Shown: in pieces, positions 49,854 to 60,659 of the stretch
Numbering within the stretch: the stretch's first letter is position 1
Layout: every line of letters starts with the position of its first letter
NCBI GenBank assembly: GCA_963806535.1
Contig: CAWDYC010000008.1
Location: 128,001-192,000 of the forward strand
DNA from: Candidatus Bathyarchaeota archaeon
GTDB taxonomy: Archaea; Thermoproteota; Bathyarchaeia; Bathyarchaeales; Bathycorpusculaceae
Direction: 5' to 3'
Length of the DNA stretch: 64,000 nt
The notes under the pieces: generated by a model
Told to the model about the DNA's origin: nothing
The model's input: only the letters and a program-made list of their open reading frames with translations
Database searches by the model: none
Program-made: the position numbers and the translations under genes

Positions 49854-52136
49854 TTATTCATACCTTAAATCAGAGTTAGCCTTTTTCCAAGCAAGCCCTA
49901 ACGAAGGAAGCGTCCCAAATAAAGCGCAACCAATTTCCAATAGAACAGTAATTATCACTACTTGAATACCAGGAGCAAACCAAGCAGTAAAGGGAACAGA
50001 CATAACCGATTGTTCAGCTTGAAGACTGATATTGGCCAAAAGAAAACCTAAAGGAATACCTAAAATTGCAAAAGGTACAGTTACAAGCAGGATTTCAAGA
50101 ATAATGCTTCCAATAACACCTCGAGGAGTTACACCTACAACCTTAAGAATCGAGTATTCTCTTCTTCTTTCCAGTAAACCAATTGCAATCATCGTAAATA
50201 CGCTAAGCGATGAAAGAATAATCATAAGAAAAATAATCGAATAATTCAATATATCCAATGGCAAAACATACTGGCTCGTTTCACGACCAAGCTCAGAACT
50301 TGCGCTCACAACAAATCCGTTCAAATGTTCTTGGGTAAATGAGCCTATCACATTGTTAATTGCACTATTACCTTTTACTTTCACAGCATAATCTGTAGAA
50401 TATTGAGAATTCAAGCCTAAAACAGAACCTTGAACGAAAGAAAAACTTGCATAAACTTCAGGCACAGGAAAATAAACAACACCAACAATCCTAAGAGAAG
50501 ATGTTTTAACGTTTACCTCATCTACACTAAATGTTAAATTATCTCCAACACCCTTTTGAATTTTTGACGCTAAGAAACTTGAAATTACAACTTCATCATC
50601 CGATTGTATTACACGCCCAGCTTTTAACAAACTGGACATATTTTGAACTTTAGACTCTAAAGTGATGCCTTGAATTCCAGCGACTAACCCTTCGTTAAGG
50701 AAGATCGTGCCAGTTGCCAAAGGTTCGGCTGCTTGGACGTTTTTATTATTTTCCAACGAACTAACTTCGGCGGTAACATTTGCTGGAGAATAATAATGTA
50801 TATATAAATCAGGTAATCCGTTTCCGAATTTGTCTAAGGCGCTTTGAGTCCCAGACAAAGTGCTGACCATTGCAAACGCAGAGCTGGTGCTGAGGAGAAT
50901 TATTAATCCTACTGCCAGATACCTTGATTTAGCTCTTTGCAGGTTTCTACGGATAAACCTTGCCATGAAACTATTATTTTTACTTAGGCGAGACGATATT
51001 TTGCTACCATATCTTTTCTGCAGAGTTGACTGTGGCGAAGATGTTATCGCAGAGTATGAAGATGAAAAGACTGCTAGCACTGTTAGGGCTATGGTTAAGC
51101 CGCTTAGTTCCAATATTGTAAGTGGGTCTAAAGTTGTCGTCGCAAATGCACCTACATGCGCTGCATTTGAAACAAAGAAAATTAGCAAGCTTAAGAAAAA
51201 GTAGCCAATTACTAATCCTAAAATTACCGCACAAATAGACAGCAAAAAGCCATCTGAGATGAACATAATCAGCAGGTCTTTTTTTGTGGCTCCAATGGCT
51301 TTGAAAACGCCAATCTCATAGGTTTCTCGTTCAACTTTCAGCTTAGAAGTAGCGTAGACTATTATTGCTCCTAACACAAGTCCAACAATGCCTATTATGA
51401 AAATGTATTGAGTAAAAAATGCTTGGAAGCTTTCCCAAAAATATGAACGCTGAGTAAAGCGGATGTTAACGTTGTTAATGTTGCTAGAATTGAATAATTG
51501 ATTAATTGTATTGGCTGTTTGAACAGCTTGGGCAGGATTGTCTAGGCGTACGAGGAGTATGCTTGTTATGTTTTGGCTGGGGAATAAGCTTAGAATCGTT
51601 TGTGTTGGCATAATGAGGGAGTTAGGTTGCTCTAAATCTGGAGATGACCCAGTTCCTATTACATGTACAAGGACTGAGGAATTGACGGTGAACAGAGTGA
51701 AACTATTCAGTTGACCAGCCCAACTAGTCGATTGTATAGCATTAAGCTCGTCTTCAGATGAAAAGTAAGTGCCGCTCTGAAGGGAAACTGGGTCAACCAA
51801 AGGTTGTTGAGGACTTGGCAAACCTAGAATAGTAACAAGTTGAGATTGCGAGCCAACTTTGATACTTGCGGTAACCATGGTTTGTAACTCGGCAATATCT
51901 ACATTATTCACAGCAGAAATATTACTGACCAAGTTGCTTGGGATTGTTCCACTTGTTATTGCCTGAATATCAGAGTATGTTGTTAGGGCACGTTGATTGT
52001 TCAAGGTTGTCTGCATGCTTCTATCGAGCATTGTAGAGCTAAGAAGTAATGCGAACGCTATGCCTATTGTAATAATGGCAAGAAAATTTCGGGCGGGGCG
52101 TCGATGTAACTCACGAAGAGAGCGTCTTAAAGGCAA
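49854..52136 (-). CDS. FtsX/MacB-type ABC permease (duplicated halves)
   Basis: Two EIGVFKAIG / EYSILKVVG motifs; ends LRYE. Confidence 0.92.
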   Translation of the reverse strand: MPLRRSLRELHRRPARNFLAIITIGIAFALLLSSTMLDRSMQTTLNNQRALTTYSDIQAITSGTIPSNLVSNISAVNNVDIAELQTMVTASIKVGSQSQLVTILGLPSPQQPLVDPVSLQSGTYFSSEDELNAIQSTSWAGQLNSFTLFTVNSSVLVHVIGTGSSPDLEQPNSLIMPTQTILSLFPSQNITSILLVRLDNPAQAVQTANTINQLFNSSNINNVNIRFTQRSYFWESFQAFFTQYIFIIGIVGLVLGAIIVYATSKLKVERETYEIGVFKAIGATKKDLLIMFISDGFLLSICAVILGLVIGYFFLSLLIFFVSNAAHVGAFATTTLDPLTILELSGLTIALTVLAVFSSSYSAITSSPQSTLQKRYGSKISSRLSKNNSFMARFIRRNLQRAKSRYLAVGLIILLSTSSAFAMVSTLSGTQSALDKFGNGLPDLYIHYYSPANVTAEVSSLENNKNVQAAEPLATGTIFLNEGLVAGIQGITLESKVQNMSSLLKAGRVIQSDDEVVISSFLASKIQKGVGDNLTFSVDEVNVKTSSLRIVGVVYFPVPEVYASFSFVQGSVLGLNSQYSTDYAVKVKGNSAINNVIGSFTQEHLNGFVVSASSELGRETSQYVLPLDILNYSIIFLMIILSSLSVFTMIAIGLLERRREYSILKVVGVTPRGVIGSIILEILLVTVPFAILGIPLGFLLANISLQAEQSVMSVPFTAWFAPGIQVVIITVLLEIGCALFGTLPSLGLAWKKANSDLRYE

Positions 52137-52169
52137 CAGATTTACCGTTTAGTATTTCTCTCCTTGCTA

Positions 52170-52871
52170 TTATGTTGCAATTCGACCATCGATGATTTGT
52201 ATTATCCGATTGGCTCTTTTAGCTACTTCAAGGCTGTGTGTGACTATTATTAGCGTAGTTCCCTGGCTCTTGTTAATGTCAACTAGAATATCCATGACGT
52301 TTTTGCCTGTAATTTGGTCGAGATTTCCAGTTGGCTCGTCAGCAAGAATTAATCGGGGGTTATTTGCTAATGCTCTTGCGATTGCAACTCTTTGTTGTTC
52401 TCCTACTGATAATTGAGAGGGCAAATGGTTTTCTCTTCCTTTTAATCCGACTTGATCCAGCAATTTTTTGGCATGAGCTTGAGCACTAGATAAACTTAGT
52501 TTGTTTAATTCTAGTGGTAATGCAACATTCTCGGCGGCGGTGAATGTTGGAAGAAGGTTAAAGATTTGAAAGATGAAACCAATGGTTTTTCGCCTAAATA
52601 GTGCAAGTTCTCGTTCGTTTAATTGAGACAATTCTTGCCCTGCTACCACAACATCTCCTGAGCTTGCATAATCTATTCCTCCGATTATATTAAGCAGGGT
52701 GGATTTTCCTGATCCACTAGGTCCAAGGATTGCTAGGTGTTCGCCCTGGGAAATGTCTAAGTCTATTCCTTTTAATGCGTCAACTTCAAGTTGCCCCGAC
52801 TCGTATTTTTTTTCAACACTTCTCAGCGAAACTATATTTGAGTTGTAAGACGCGTTATCTGTGTCTGACAT
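52170..52871 (-). CDS. LolD/MacB-type ABC ATPase
   Basis: GPSGSGKSTLL, QLSVGEQQRVAIARA, LADEPTGNLD. Confidence 0.96.
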   Translation of the reverse strand: MSDTDNASYNSNIVSLRSVEKKYESGQLEVDALKGIDLDISQGEHLAILGPSGSGKSTLLNIIGGIDYASSGDVVVAGQELSQLNERELALFRRKTIGFIFQIFNLLPTFTAAENVALPLELNKLSLSSAQAHAKKLLDQVGLKGRENHLPSQLSVGEQQRVAIARALANNPRLILADEPTGNLDQITGKNVMDILVDINKSQGTTLIIVTHSLEVAKRANRIIQIIDGRIAT

Positions 52872-53233
52872 ACTTCCTCATTCTGTATCGATTTATTCTC
52901 TTCTTAAGCTTTTACCCAATTGTGTAAGAAGGCGATTTCGGAGCAAAAAAAGTGATAGCAATCATGACTCCTAACAAGATGTGAAGATAATTACCAACCT
53001 TTTAAAGTATGATTCTTACCCTGTAAGAACCCAGTGATCTAAAAATGGGATCTGAAGAAGTAGAAAAATCGGAAAAAGATTCCGATGTTATATATAGGTA
53101 CTTCTAAGAAGAAGCCCTATACAAAGAAGAACCACACGCCATTCCCCATTTCTTGATGTTCTACAAATGAAAAAAGTCTAATGGCTACGAAAAAATAACC
53201 AAGGATTTAAAGAAACTCAACATGACTCTTTTT

Positions 53234-54385
53234 TTATTTTATCAGGTCATTACTTGGAGCTACTTCTGTGCTTGATTGCTGAGCGACTGGAGGCACAACG
53301 ATTTTATTTCTTTTATCTGACAGTAGTTTCCAAGCGATGATAGGTGCCCAACCGCTAATAATCATCACGGTTCCTGGGAAACCACCTATGTTTCGGCCAA
53401 CGATGGGTATAAGACCCTTTATAATATCGCCCAAAAAGAATTCCCAAATGCCGAAAGCAAGCGCCATAGCTACAGCGGCTGTAAAGGCTATTTTCTTACC
53501 GAACTTATTGAAAGTTTGAACAGCCAAGACACCTGCAAAGAAGAAGTCTCCTAAACCAAGACCTCTATACAGAATGCCTGCTGAAGAAGAAATAGTGGGA
53601 ATGTTTGGTAAATAAACCAGTACTGGCAAGCCAAGTCCAGTGAACGTGTGTGCGGCACCAAGCATTACCGGAGTAACAATCACCAAAATAATATCCATAA
53701 TTGTCAACAGCGCCGCAAAGATTCCCACTGTTTTCCAGCTAAACAACGAGCTAAGATACAGAATTATTAGAATCGCAAACGTGAATCCAAAGACATCCAT
53801 AAGATAAGGAGCCCACACCTGAAAGCTACCCATGTAAATGTTGAAGATTCCGCTAAAGAATATGAACAACATCACGAAGATTGCCGGAGGCTGAACTGCA
53901 ACATACCAACGCGCTTTAGAAATAGTCTTTTTCTGCTCAAAGATTATCGCTGCGAAGCAAAAGATTGCGAAACCAAAAAATGCAGCTGCTCTAATCACGG
54001 TTATACTATCTTGAAGTGGACCTAAAAAGCTGGCACCTCCAGCAATCAAACCTGCAACACCAAAACCAAGAGAAAGCAATTGAGCTCTTATTCTTGCAAG
54101 ATTAGAGAAAACGTATGAAAACGTAAACATCAGCATAGTATAAGATGAAAGGAAAATTACAAGCAGAATTGTCGGGAAAACATCTCCGGGGCTAACCAAT
54201 GACGTATACCCTATAGCAGAGATAATAATCGCCATAAACACTATAAGAAGAATTATGTCTCTTGGCTGGAATTCTTTTTCCTCAACCGTAGCCATCAATT
54301 TTCCTTGAACACGCTTATTCAAAAGCAATGCAACAGCAACGACAATGAATAATGCAATAGGCATGGCTACGTCAAGGGAAGGCAT
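53234..54385 (-). CDS. GxGD intramembrane aspartyl protease (presenilin/SPP-like)
   Basis: TM Asp in IMDII, GLGLGD, PAL-equivalent PGT; likely start MPSLDV. Confidence 0.8.
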   Translation of the reverse strand: MPSLDVAMPIALFIVVAVALLLNKRVQGKLMATVEEKEFQPRDIILLIVFMAIIISAIGYTSLVSPGDVFPTILLVIFLSSYTMLMFTFSYVFSNLARIRAQLLSLGFGVAGLIAGGASFLGPLQDSITVIRAAAFFGFAIFCFAAIIFEQKKTISKARWYVAVQPPAIFVMLFIFFSGIFNIYMGSFQVWAPYLMDVFGFTFAILIILYLSSLFSWKTVGIFAALLTIMDIILVIVTPVMLGAAHTFTGLGLPVLVYLPNIPTISSSAGILYRGLGLGDFFFAGVLAVQTFNKFGKKIAFTAAVAMALAFGIWEFFLGDIIKGLIPIVGRNIGGFPGTVMIISGWAPIIAWKLLSDKRNKIVVPPVAQQSSTEVAPSNDLIK

Positions 54386-54560
54386 AGAAAGCAAAGTGAT
54401 CACAGATGCATTTATTTGTTTAGCTGAAAACCAAAGAAACGTCATGAAGCAGCTAAATGATCAGATTGGGCGGTTAGCCGCTTTTTAGAAGGGAAAATAG
54501 GTTAAAAAAAGGGCACTTGCAGAAAAGGACGCGATAACAAATCGAAAAATTATGAAAAGA

Positions 54561-55415
54561 TTAGTGATTAAACTGAACGTTCAAAATGGCTAATGTTGCC
54601 AAAAGCGCTTCTTCAGTTCTAACGGTTGCTGTTCCCTGCTCAGGAATTGTATTAACAACAAAATCAACTACGCGTTCAAGCTTTGCTCCTTCTTCTTTAG
54701 CAATTTCGTGCAAACCTCTGGATGGAGCACCAAACGCGATTAAGATATGATTGCTGTGGGTCCATCTTTTGGCTATTTCACTACCGACAGCCATGAATTG
54801 AATGCCTAACTTGGCAGTAGCTATTGTTAAGTCAAATTCCGGGTCTTTTGCGAATTGAACAAAGGGCCTTTTTTCAATACGAATCTTAAAACCCCAATAG
54901 ACAGGTATGTCATCTCGATTTGCAGCTTGCACTTCAACTCGCGATCCAACATTGATAACTTGCAATGTTAAGCGTTCTCCAATAGCATACTGAGTTTCTC
55001 TTAAAACACCAGGCTGCTCTACTCCTATGTCCACAAGCAAGCCTTCTTTAGCTTGAGACAAAACCAAGCCTTCACGGTACTCGCCTACCTTCAAATCGCG
55101 AAGTTTACCGCTTACGGGATGATGAGGCGTACGTAGGGGAGGCAAAATACCTGCAAACTGTAGGTCAGGTTCGATTTTGAAAAGTCTTTTACGTAGATAC
55201 TGAGGGGTCTCTAAATAATTTAGTAAAAGTGCAATGAAATCAAGTTCTCTTGCTTGATTAGCTTTAGGATTGTCTTGGTAAACTATGATTTCGTCTACCT
55301 TGAAAATTGCTGCTGCCCTTCCAATCAATCCGATTTTCGCAGTTTTTTCTCGCAAGTGCGGGGTATCAGAAATTATGGAAGTTGGTATAGCAATGGCTAG
55401 TACTTTTTTAACCAT
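54561..55415 (-). CDS. SPOUT RNA methyltransferase (COG2106-like)
   Basis: RAAAIFKVDEI, ETPQYLRK, PPLRTPHH, NTIPEQGTATVRTEEA. Confidence 0.93.
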   Translation of the reverse strand: MVKKVLAIAIPTSIISDTPHLREKTAKIGLIGRAAAIFKVDEIIVYQDNPKANQARELDFIALLLNYLETPQYLRKRLFKIEPDLQFAGILPPLRTPHHPVSGKLRDLKVGEYREGLVLSQAKEGLLVDIGVEQPGVLRETQYAIGERLTLQVINVGSRVEVQAANRDDIPVYWGFKIRIEKRPFVQFAKDPEFDLTIATAKLGIQFMAVGSEIAKRWTHSNHILIAFGAPSRGLHEIAKEEGAKLERVVDFVVNTIPEQGTATVRTEEALLATLAILNVQFNH

Positions 55416-55592
55416 TTTTTACCTGACTATATATGCTTATTATTCGACGCTTGCTTAAAGTTGTGGCTAATATAAAAACAGAGACCATTCGGGTTGAATA
55501 CATATCAGAGTCACTGTTTACAGGATACGTACGAAAAAACATTTATGCTATTCAGCTCTATCTACAGTAAATCAGGCATCAGGAGTTACCCA

Positions 55593-56573
55593 ATGACAAA
55601 TTCTTTGCAGCAAGAGACCGTTCAGAAGTTAAGAAAGAACAATTACAGATTAACGCTTTATCTCGCAATTGCAATCAGTTTATTGCTCATAGCAATCTCT
55701 TTAGCATTGCCGGACCAAGGCTTATACTCCCTTCTCAATACCGGTTTGAAAGACATTGGAATGTCAATATTTATTGCAAGTACAGTAACCACGGGTTTTT
55801 CAGAATATTACCGCTCAAATCGAGAGGACCAATCCGCAAAGGAATTAAAAATTTATGCTAACCATGTGGAAGAACTTTTTAAAAAACAAAAGGAAGCGTT
55901 AGAATTACCTATTTACAAAAATCTTGCTGAAGCAGGAATTTTTGAATTTTATCCTAGTCGCAAGGGCAAGGCAACAGATGACCTAAGAATAAAACTTAGA
56001 AGTATAGATAATGGAACTATACGACTGATGGGCGCCACCCTTAGAGTTTTTTTTCATCCAGGATCTGATTTTACAAGTACAATAGACTACATAATACGAA
56101 ACAAACCTCAAGTTAAGCTTGAAGTATTATTGCTAAATCCAAACTCACCCGAAGCACTCCGCCGTTCTGAAGCGGAAACGGGAATTGAATTTAATAGTGA
56201 AGCCATGTACCACCAAAAAAGTATGCAATACAACGATCTTGTAACAACCACTAATCAAATAGCATTTTTTAATAGTCTCGTCACTGGTCACCAGCCTATA
56301 GAGGTTAGATTCTATGATGCGCCTTATTGTTTTTTGGTCATTTTTGAAGACCAATGTTTCGTGTCCCAATACATTTACGGTGATGTTCCAACACAAATAC
56401 ACACTCTTGAACTACCATTGATTGGATACAAAGAAGGATCAACATCGTTTAATAGATTAAAGTGGCATTTCAACCATGTTTTCATTAAGCAATCAATTTC
56501 AGAACAGGAAATGTTGAAAGTAAAAATCCGTTTCCCGACGACATCGACCAAGGCAAACGACAAAAATAATTAA
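55593..56573 (+). CDS. 2-TM protein with C-terminal DUF5919/PLD-like domain
   Basis: Two N-terminal TM helices; IRLMG, VLLLNPNS..ALRR, IEVRFYD, FVSQY; likely start MTNSL. Confidence 0.7.
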   Translation: MTNSLQQETVQKLRKNNYRLTLYLAIAISLLLIAISLALPDQGLYSLLNTGLKDIGMSIFIASTVTTGFSEYYRSNREDQSAKELKIYANHVEELFKKQKEALELPIYKNLAEAGIFEFYPSRKGKATDDLRIKLRSIDNGTIRLMGATLRVFFHPGSDFTSTIDYIIRNKPQVKLEVLLLNPNSPEALRRSEAETGIEFNSEAMYHQKSMQYNDLVTTTNQIAFFNSLVTGHQPIEVRFYDAPYCFLVIFEDQCFVSQYIYGDVPTQIHTLELPLIGYKEGSTSFNRLKWHFNHVFIKQSISEQEMLKVKIRFPTTSTKANDKNN

Positions 56574-56632
56574 GGAAATGGCTCAACCAAAACAAATTTA
56601 AAATAAAGTTACTCCTAAATGTGTGATAGAAC

Positions 56633-57703
56633 ATGGAAAAAATAGATGACTTAGAGTATATTCAAAGCATCGACAAATCAAATATGATTAGTCTAATTCA
56701 AGATTATCCTAAACAATTATTACAAGGCATAGCTATTGCAAAAAAACTAGAAATTCCCTCAACTTATAAGAAATTTAAGAATATTGTGGCTACAGGAATG
56801 GGTGGGTCGGGAATTCCTGGAGATTATTTGAGGGTACTTCTAAAAGATGAGTTGGATATCCCGTTCGTGGGAAACAAGCAATATGACCTTCCACGCTTTG
56901 TTGATAAGGATACTCTTGTGCTTGCGATAAGCTATTCGGGGACAACTGAAGAAACAATCGCAGCGTTTCATAATGCGAGAAGAGTTGGCGCAAAAATAAT
57001 AGGCTTGACCAGCGGAGCAACATTAGGTGCATTATGCAAAGAGTATAATATACCCTGTATGCTGGTTCCTGCTGGAAGGCAAACGAGGACATCTTTTGGT
57101 TTTCTAATTTCCGCAGCATTGATGGTTCTTCAACAATTAAAAATAACTTCAAACAAGCAAGCACAATTAGAAAAATCCAGTGAAACATTAGAACAAATGA
57201 AAGAAGACCTGAAACCTGAAGTTCCAGTCAATAAAAACACTGCAAAGTCAATCGCTCTTGAACTCCTCGAAAGAATCCCGATAGTTTATGGCGTACGTGA
57301 TTTCACGGATGCAGTAGCTTTGCGTTGGAAACAAGAATTCAATGAGAACAGCAAGCTTTTCGCAGGATATGATTCTTTCCCAGAGTTGAATCATAATGAA
57401 TTAGTCGCTTTTGATTCAGCTCTCGTTAAACAAGGACTATATAAGACGATTTTGCTTCGACATGAAGGAGAGACACCCAAAATAGCTAAACGGATGGAAC
57501 TAAGCAAAAAAATCTTGACCCAAAGGAAACTGGATTTCATAGAAGTCTTTAGCAGAGGTCAGTCAACTACGGAAAAACTTCTCTCGTTAACCTATATCGG
57601 CGATATTATAAGCGTTTACTTGGCTGCAGCGAGAGGAGTGGATCCGACTCCTGTAGGAACAATAAGTTCGATGAGGGAAATAATGTCAAAAGAACCCGCA
57701 TAA
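56633..57703 (+). CDS. bifunctional phosphoglucose/phosphomannose isomerase (SIS)
   Basis: GMGGSG, SYSGTTEET, RWKQEFNENSK, PELNHNE, GVDP. Confidence 0.93.
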   Translation: MEKIDDLEYIQSIDKSNMISLIQDYPKQLLQGIAIAKKLEIPSTYKKFKNIVATGMGGSGIPGDYLRVLLKDELDIPFVGNKQYDLPRFVDKDTLVLAISYSGTTEETIAAFHNARRVGAKIIGLTSGATLGALCKEYNIPCMLVPAGRQTRTSFGFLISAALMVLQQLKITSNKQAQLEKSSETLEQMKEDLKPEVPVNKNTAKSIALELLERIPIVYGVRDFTDAVALRWKQEFNENSKLFAGYDSFPELNHNELVAFDSALVKQGLYKTILLRHEGETPKIAKRMELSKKILTQRKLDFIEVFSRGQSTTEKLLSLTYIGDIISVYLAAARGVDPTPVGTISSMREIMSKEPA

Positions 57704-57792
57704 TCTCAACTCTTTTCTTTTATTCCGAGATTTTAGTTGCAAAACTAAAGACATTTAATCTTTAACAAAAATAGTACGTAAAGGGTTAGCGG

Positions 57793-59142
57793 TTGAGTAA
57801 CTGTCAAAGTAACAAAACATGTGTAAGATCATTTGATAGTTTCAGCGATTTTGAGAAACAAGAAAAACTCAATGAAATCTTGGGCACAGAAACGCCTAGG
57901 TATAAGGAACTATTTGTTGAAGGATATGAACCTGGAACGTTTACATTATATGATCGAAAGGTTAACCCAACTTTTCTTGCTGACTATGAAAGGAATTTTG
58001 ACTCATGGTTAAGAAACGTCATTGAAAATGAATTGAAAGCGTTGTATGTTGCAGGAATAATTAGTTACCCAGTCTCTGAATACGCAGTAAAGAACGTCTT
58101 TGTGCAAACAAGGAAAATTCTAGACTACAAACTAGAAAGCAACAGCAACAAAAGGGTTTCTGAATTAATATATAATCAAGAATACTGTGACATAATTCAC
58201 AGAATGGTTTTATGGCTTTTAACTGGTCAACCCGGTAAAGAAGTGCACTTATTCCAAGAATTTAATAAATTGGGTTTCAACATTGCTCAAGGCATACTGT
58301 GGGACATCCCTAATTTGGAGTTAATCGACCTAATGAAATGGTCCATCGCTAGCGGTTCTATAGGCTTAGACATGAAAGGAGAAGATGCCGCAGCCTCTAG
58401 GCTTTCAAGTTCAGGAATTAAACTTGCCGAAAACAGCGATCAAGAATTGATTACCCGAATTAAGATTTCAGAGTGCAAGCTGAAAGATATTGCGTCAAGA
58501 AAGTTTGCAATTGATTTTTGGCCCGAATTTGAAGATGAAGTGGTAAAGGCCAAAAAAAGCAAAAAGATTGTCTGGTTTACTGACGATTATATAGAAACAA
58601 TGTTTGACTTGAAATTTATTGAAAAAATGCTACTGCAAAATGATAATTTATCTGTTCGCATTGTTCCTCGTGCGGGCAGGTTTGTCAATGATGCTGCATT
58701 TGAAGACGTTGTAGCTTTCTTAGGTGATCCATTGTTTAGAGACCTTCAAAACTTCAAAGAAAAAGGCAGAATTCAAATAAGCAATGATGGACCTAAAGCC
58801 AGTTGTGTAAACGGAAAAAAGCTCTCAGTAGAAGTGTTGGAGTCCCTTAAAGTCAGCGATTTTAGTCTTTTCAAGGGCGCGAGAACTTATGAGATGATGC
58901 AGGGCTTTAAGAAAACAGCATATTTCTCATTTGTGGTTTGCAGGGAATTTAGTGAGGTAGTTACAGGTTTAGATGCTCGGCTGCTGCCTTTAGTGTTAAT
59001 AAGGCAGTCAGCTGGGGAATATTCTTTTCAAAACTTCAAGTTCAGGTCAAACCGAACTTACATGTTTCCTGACGGAAGAACAATAGGGTTATCTTCCAAA
59101 ACAGCTTTGGATTATGCAAGTGAAAAGCACAAGGCAAGTTGA
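57793..59142 (+). CDS. divergent DUF89/ARMT1-like protein
   Basis: WFTDDYIETMFD (cf. DNAGEIVFD), VPR...VNDA, FKGARTYE. Confidence 0.65.
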   Translation: MSNCQSNKTCVRSFDSFSDFEKQEKLNEILGTETPRYKELFVEGYEPGTFTLYDRKVNPTFLADYERNFDSWLRNVIENELKALYVAGIISYPVSEYAVKNVFVQTRKILDYKLESNSNKRVSELIYNQEYCDIIHRMVLWLLTGQPGKEVHLFQEFNKLGFNIAQGILWDIPNLELIDLMKWSIASGSIGLDMKGEDAAASRLSSSGIKLAENSDQELITRIKISECKLKDIASRKFAIDFWPEFEDEVVKAKKSKKIVWFTDDYIETMFDLKFIEKMLLQNDNLSVRIVPRAGRFVNDAAFEDVVAFLGDPLFRDLQNFKEKGRIQISNDGPKASCVNGKKLSVEVLESLKVSDFSLFKGARTYEMMQGFKKTAYFSFVVCREFSEVVTGLDARLLPLVLIRQSAGEYSFQNFKFRSNRTYMFPDGRTIGLSSKTALDYASEKHKAS

Positions 59143-59206
59143 CGTACAACTAAGGTATGCTGATAGAAATAATGTAAAAAAGAGATTAGTTGAAAGCGGG
59201 AAAAAC

Positions 59207-60267
59207 TTAGTTGGCAATTACAAATTTTGCGAAGTCTTTTTCTGCAGTTTCTAGCGGCACCATCTGGGGAGGACGCTTAAATCCGTAAGCACAAACGGGT
59301 TGAACTGCACCATTAAGCTTCCTGGTCAAAGCAACTTTCATAGCCCGAACAACATCAAAGAGTACAGAACCAGCATTTGGTGCGTCAACAGTTTGGAATT
59401 TTAGGTCAATTTTCATCGGTGCATTGCAGAAGTATACTCCGCTTATCCAGAAGTAGCTGTCACGTTTGTTCTGGAGAAAATCCACGTAATCGGTTGATCC
59501 AGCAACAACTTCGGCTTTGTAGGGTAAAGAAGCAGTTACAGACTCAGTTTTAATTGTTCGTTTTGCATCACGGCTTCGATCCATTGTGTCAACGGATTCT
59601 GTTCCTCCGCCAACATCAAGCTGGTAAGTCTCATCTATCTTTACGCCATTATCCGAAAGCAGCTTAAGCAACGTCTTGTGCAAAGCTGTTGAGCCTACCT
59701 GATCGACCAAGTCATCGCCGACAAGCGGAAGCTTGGCAGCCTCAAACTTTTTCGCCCATTCAGAGTCGCTAGCGATAAAGTTTGGCGTAGCATTCACGAA
59801 ACCACATCCCGCAGCCAATGCTTGTTCAGCGTACCACTTGGAAGCTTTAGTGGCTCCACTTGGCAATAAATTAACCATAACTTCAGCGTCCGCATCTTTT
59901 AGAACCTCAACAACGTTCGAATCAGGTGCATTGCTGACTTTTACAATAGCTTTACTTGATTCTCCCAAACCATCTAGCAAAGGTCCCTTGTTAACTTTAA
60001 CGCCCAATGCAGGCACATCAGCAAACTTTTGGGGCATTATTAGGCAGAGCAAAAATGGCTTCGGAAAGGTCTTTTCCAACCTTACGCTCATCTACATCAA
60101 AAGCAGCAACCACCTCAATGTCTTTTGGGCTTAAACCAGCCAAAACAGGGTTTCGGAGTCCAACAAAATCTTGAGATTTCTGGAATTTTGAGTAATACTT
60201 GAATGCCTTGGATGAAGGCTGAAGCGCAGTTTCCAACGCCGATTAATGCAACTTTTACGTTAGGCAA
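59207..60267 (-). CDS. ino1: myo-inositol-1-phosphate synthase, with two 1-nt frameshifts (~60199, ~60028)
   Basis: [53 protein letters not shown] across three frames. Confidence 0.9.
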
Positions 60268-60432
60268 ATGTAGCACCTTGATTGGCTTCTTTATTTGTGA
60301 ATGGATTATAAAAAGTTATTTTGTTATGTTCCTTCAACAAAAATCAATCAAGCACTTTCGTGCCTTTGTATACAAGTTCATAAGAAACGCTTATTAAATG
60401 ACGCGGATTAAACCTTAGAAGCCAGATAGTTT

Positions 60433-60510
60433 GGGCGAGTAGATCAGTCTGGCATGATCGCCACGTTGGCATCGTGGAGGTCCCGGGTTCAAATCCCGGC
60501 TCGTCCACCA
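60433..60510 (+). tRNA. tRNA-Ala(GGC)
   Basis: Full cloverleaf, loop TTGGCAT, G3:U70 pair, encoded CCA. Confidence 0.97.
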
Positions 60511-60515
60511 AACAC

Positions 60516-60659
60516 TTATTCACGTTTACGCCTTGAAGGCGACTTAATTGCCAATTTAAGGGCGTTTTCACAGATTTTTGACGCGTTTAAACCCATTTCA
60601 TAGGCTAAATTGGCTAATTCAGGATTTAACTCGATTGTTGAACTGACTTGCGTTATCAA
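60516..60659 (-). CDS. small RHH/CcdA-like protein (47 aa, below ORF-track cutoff)
   Basis: MITQVSSTIELNPELANLAYEMGLNASKICENALKLAIK...; TTG start preceded by GGAGGT. Confidence 0.6.
   Translation of the reverse strand: MITQVSSTIELNPELANLAYEMGLNASKICENALKLAIKSPSRRKRE

Noticed and set aside
60344-60571. 75-aa minus-strand ORF
   Set aside because: Antisense shadow of tRNA-Ala (EPGFEPGTS is the T-arm read backwards)
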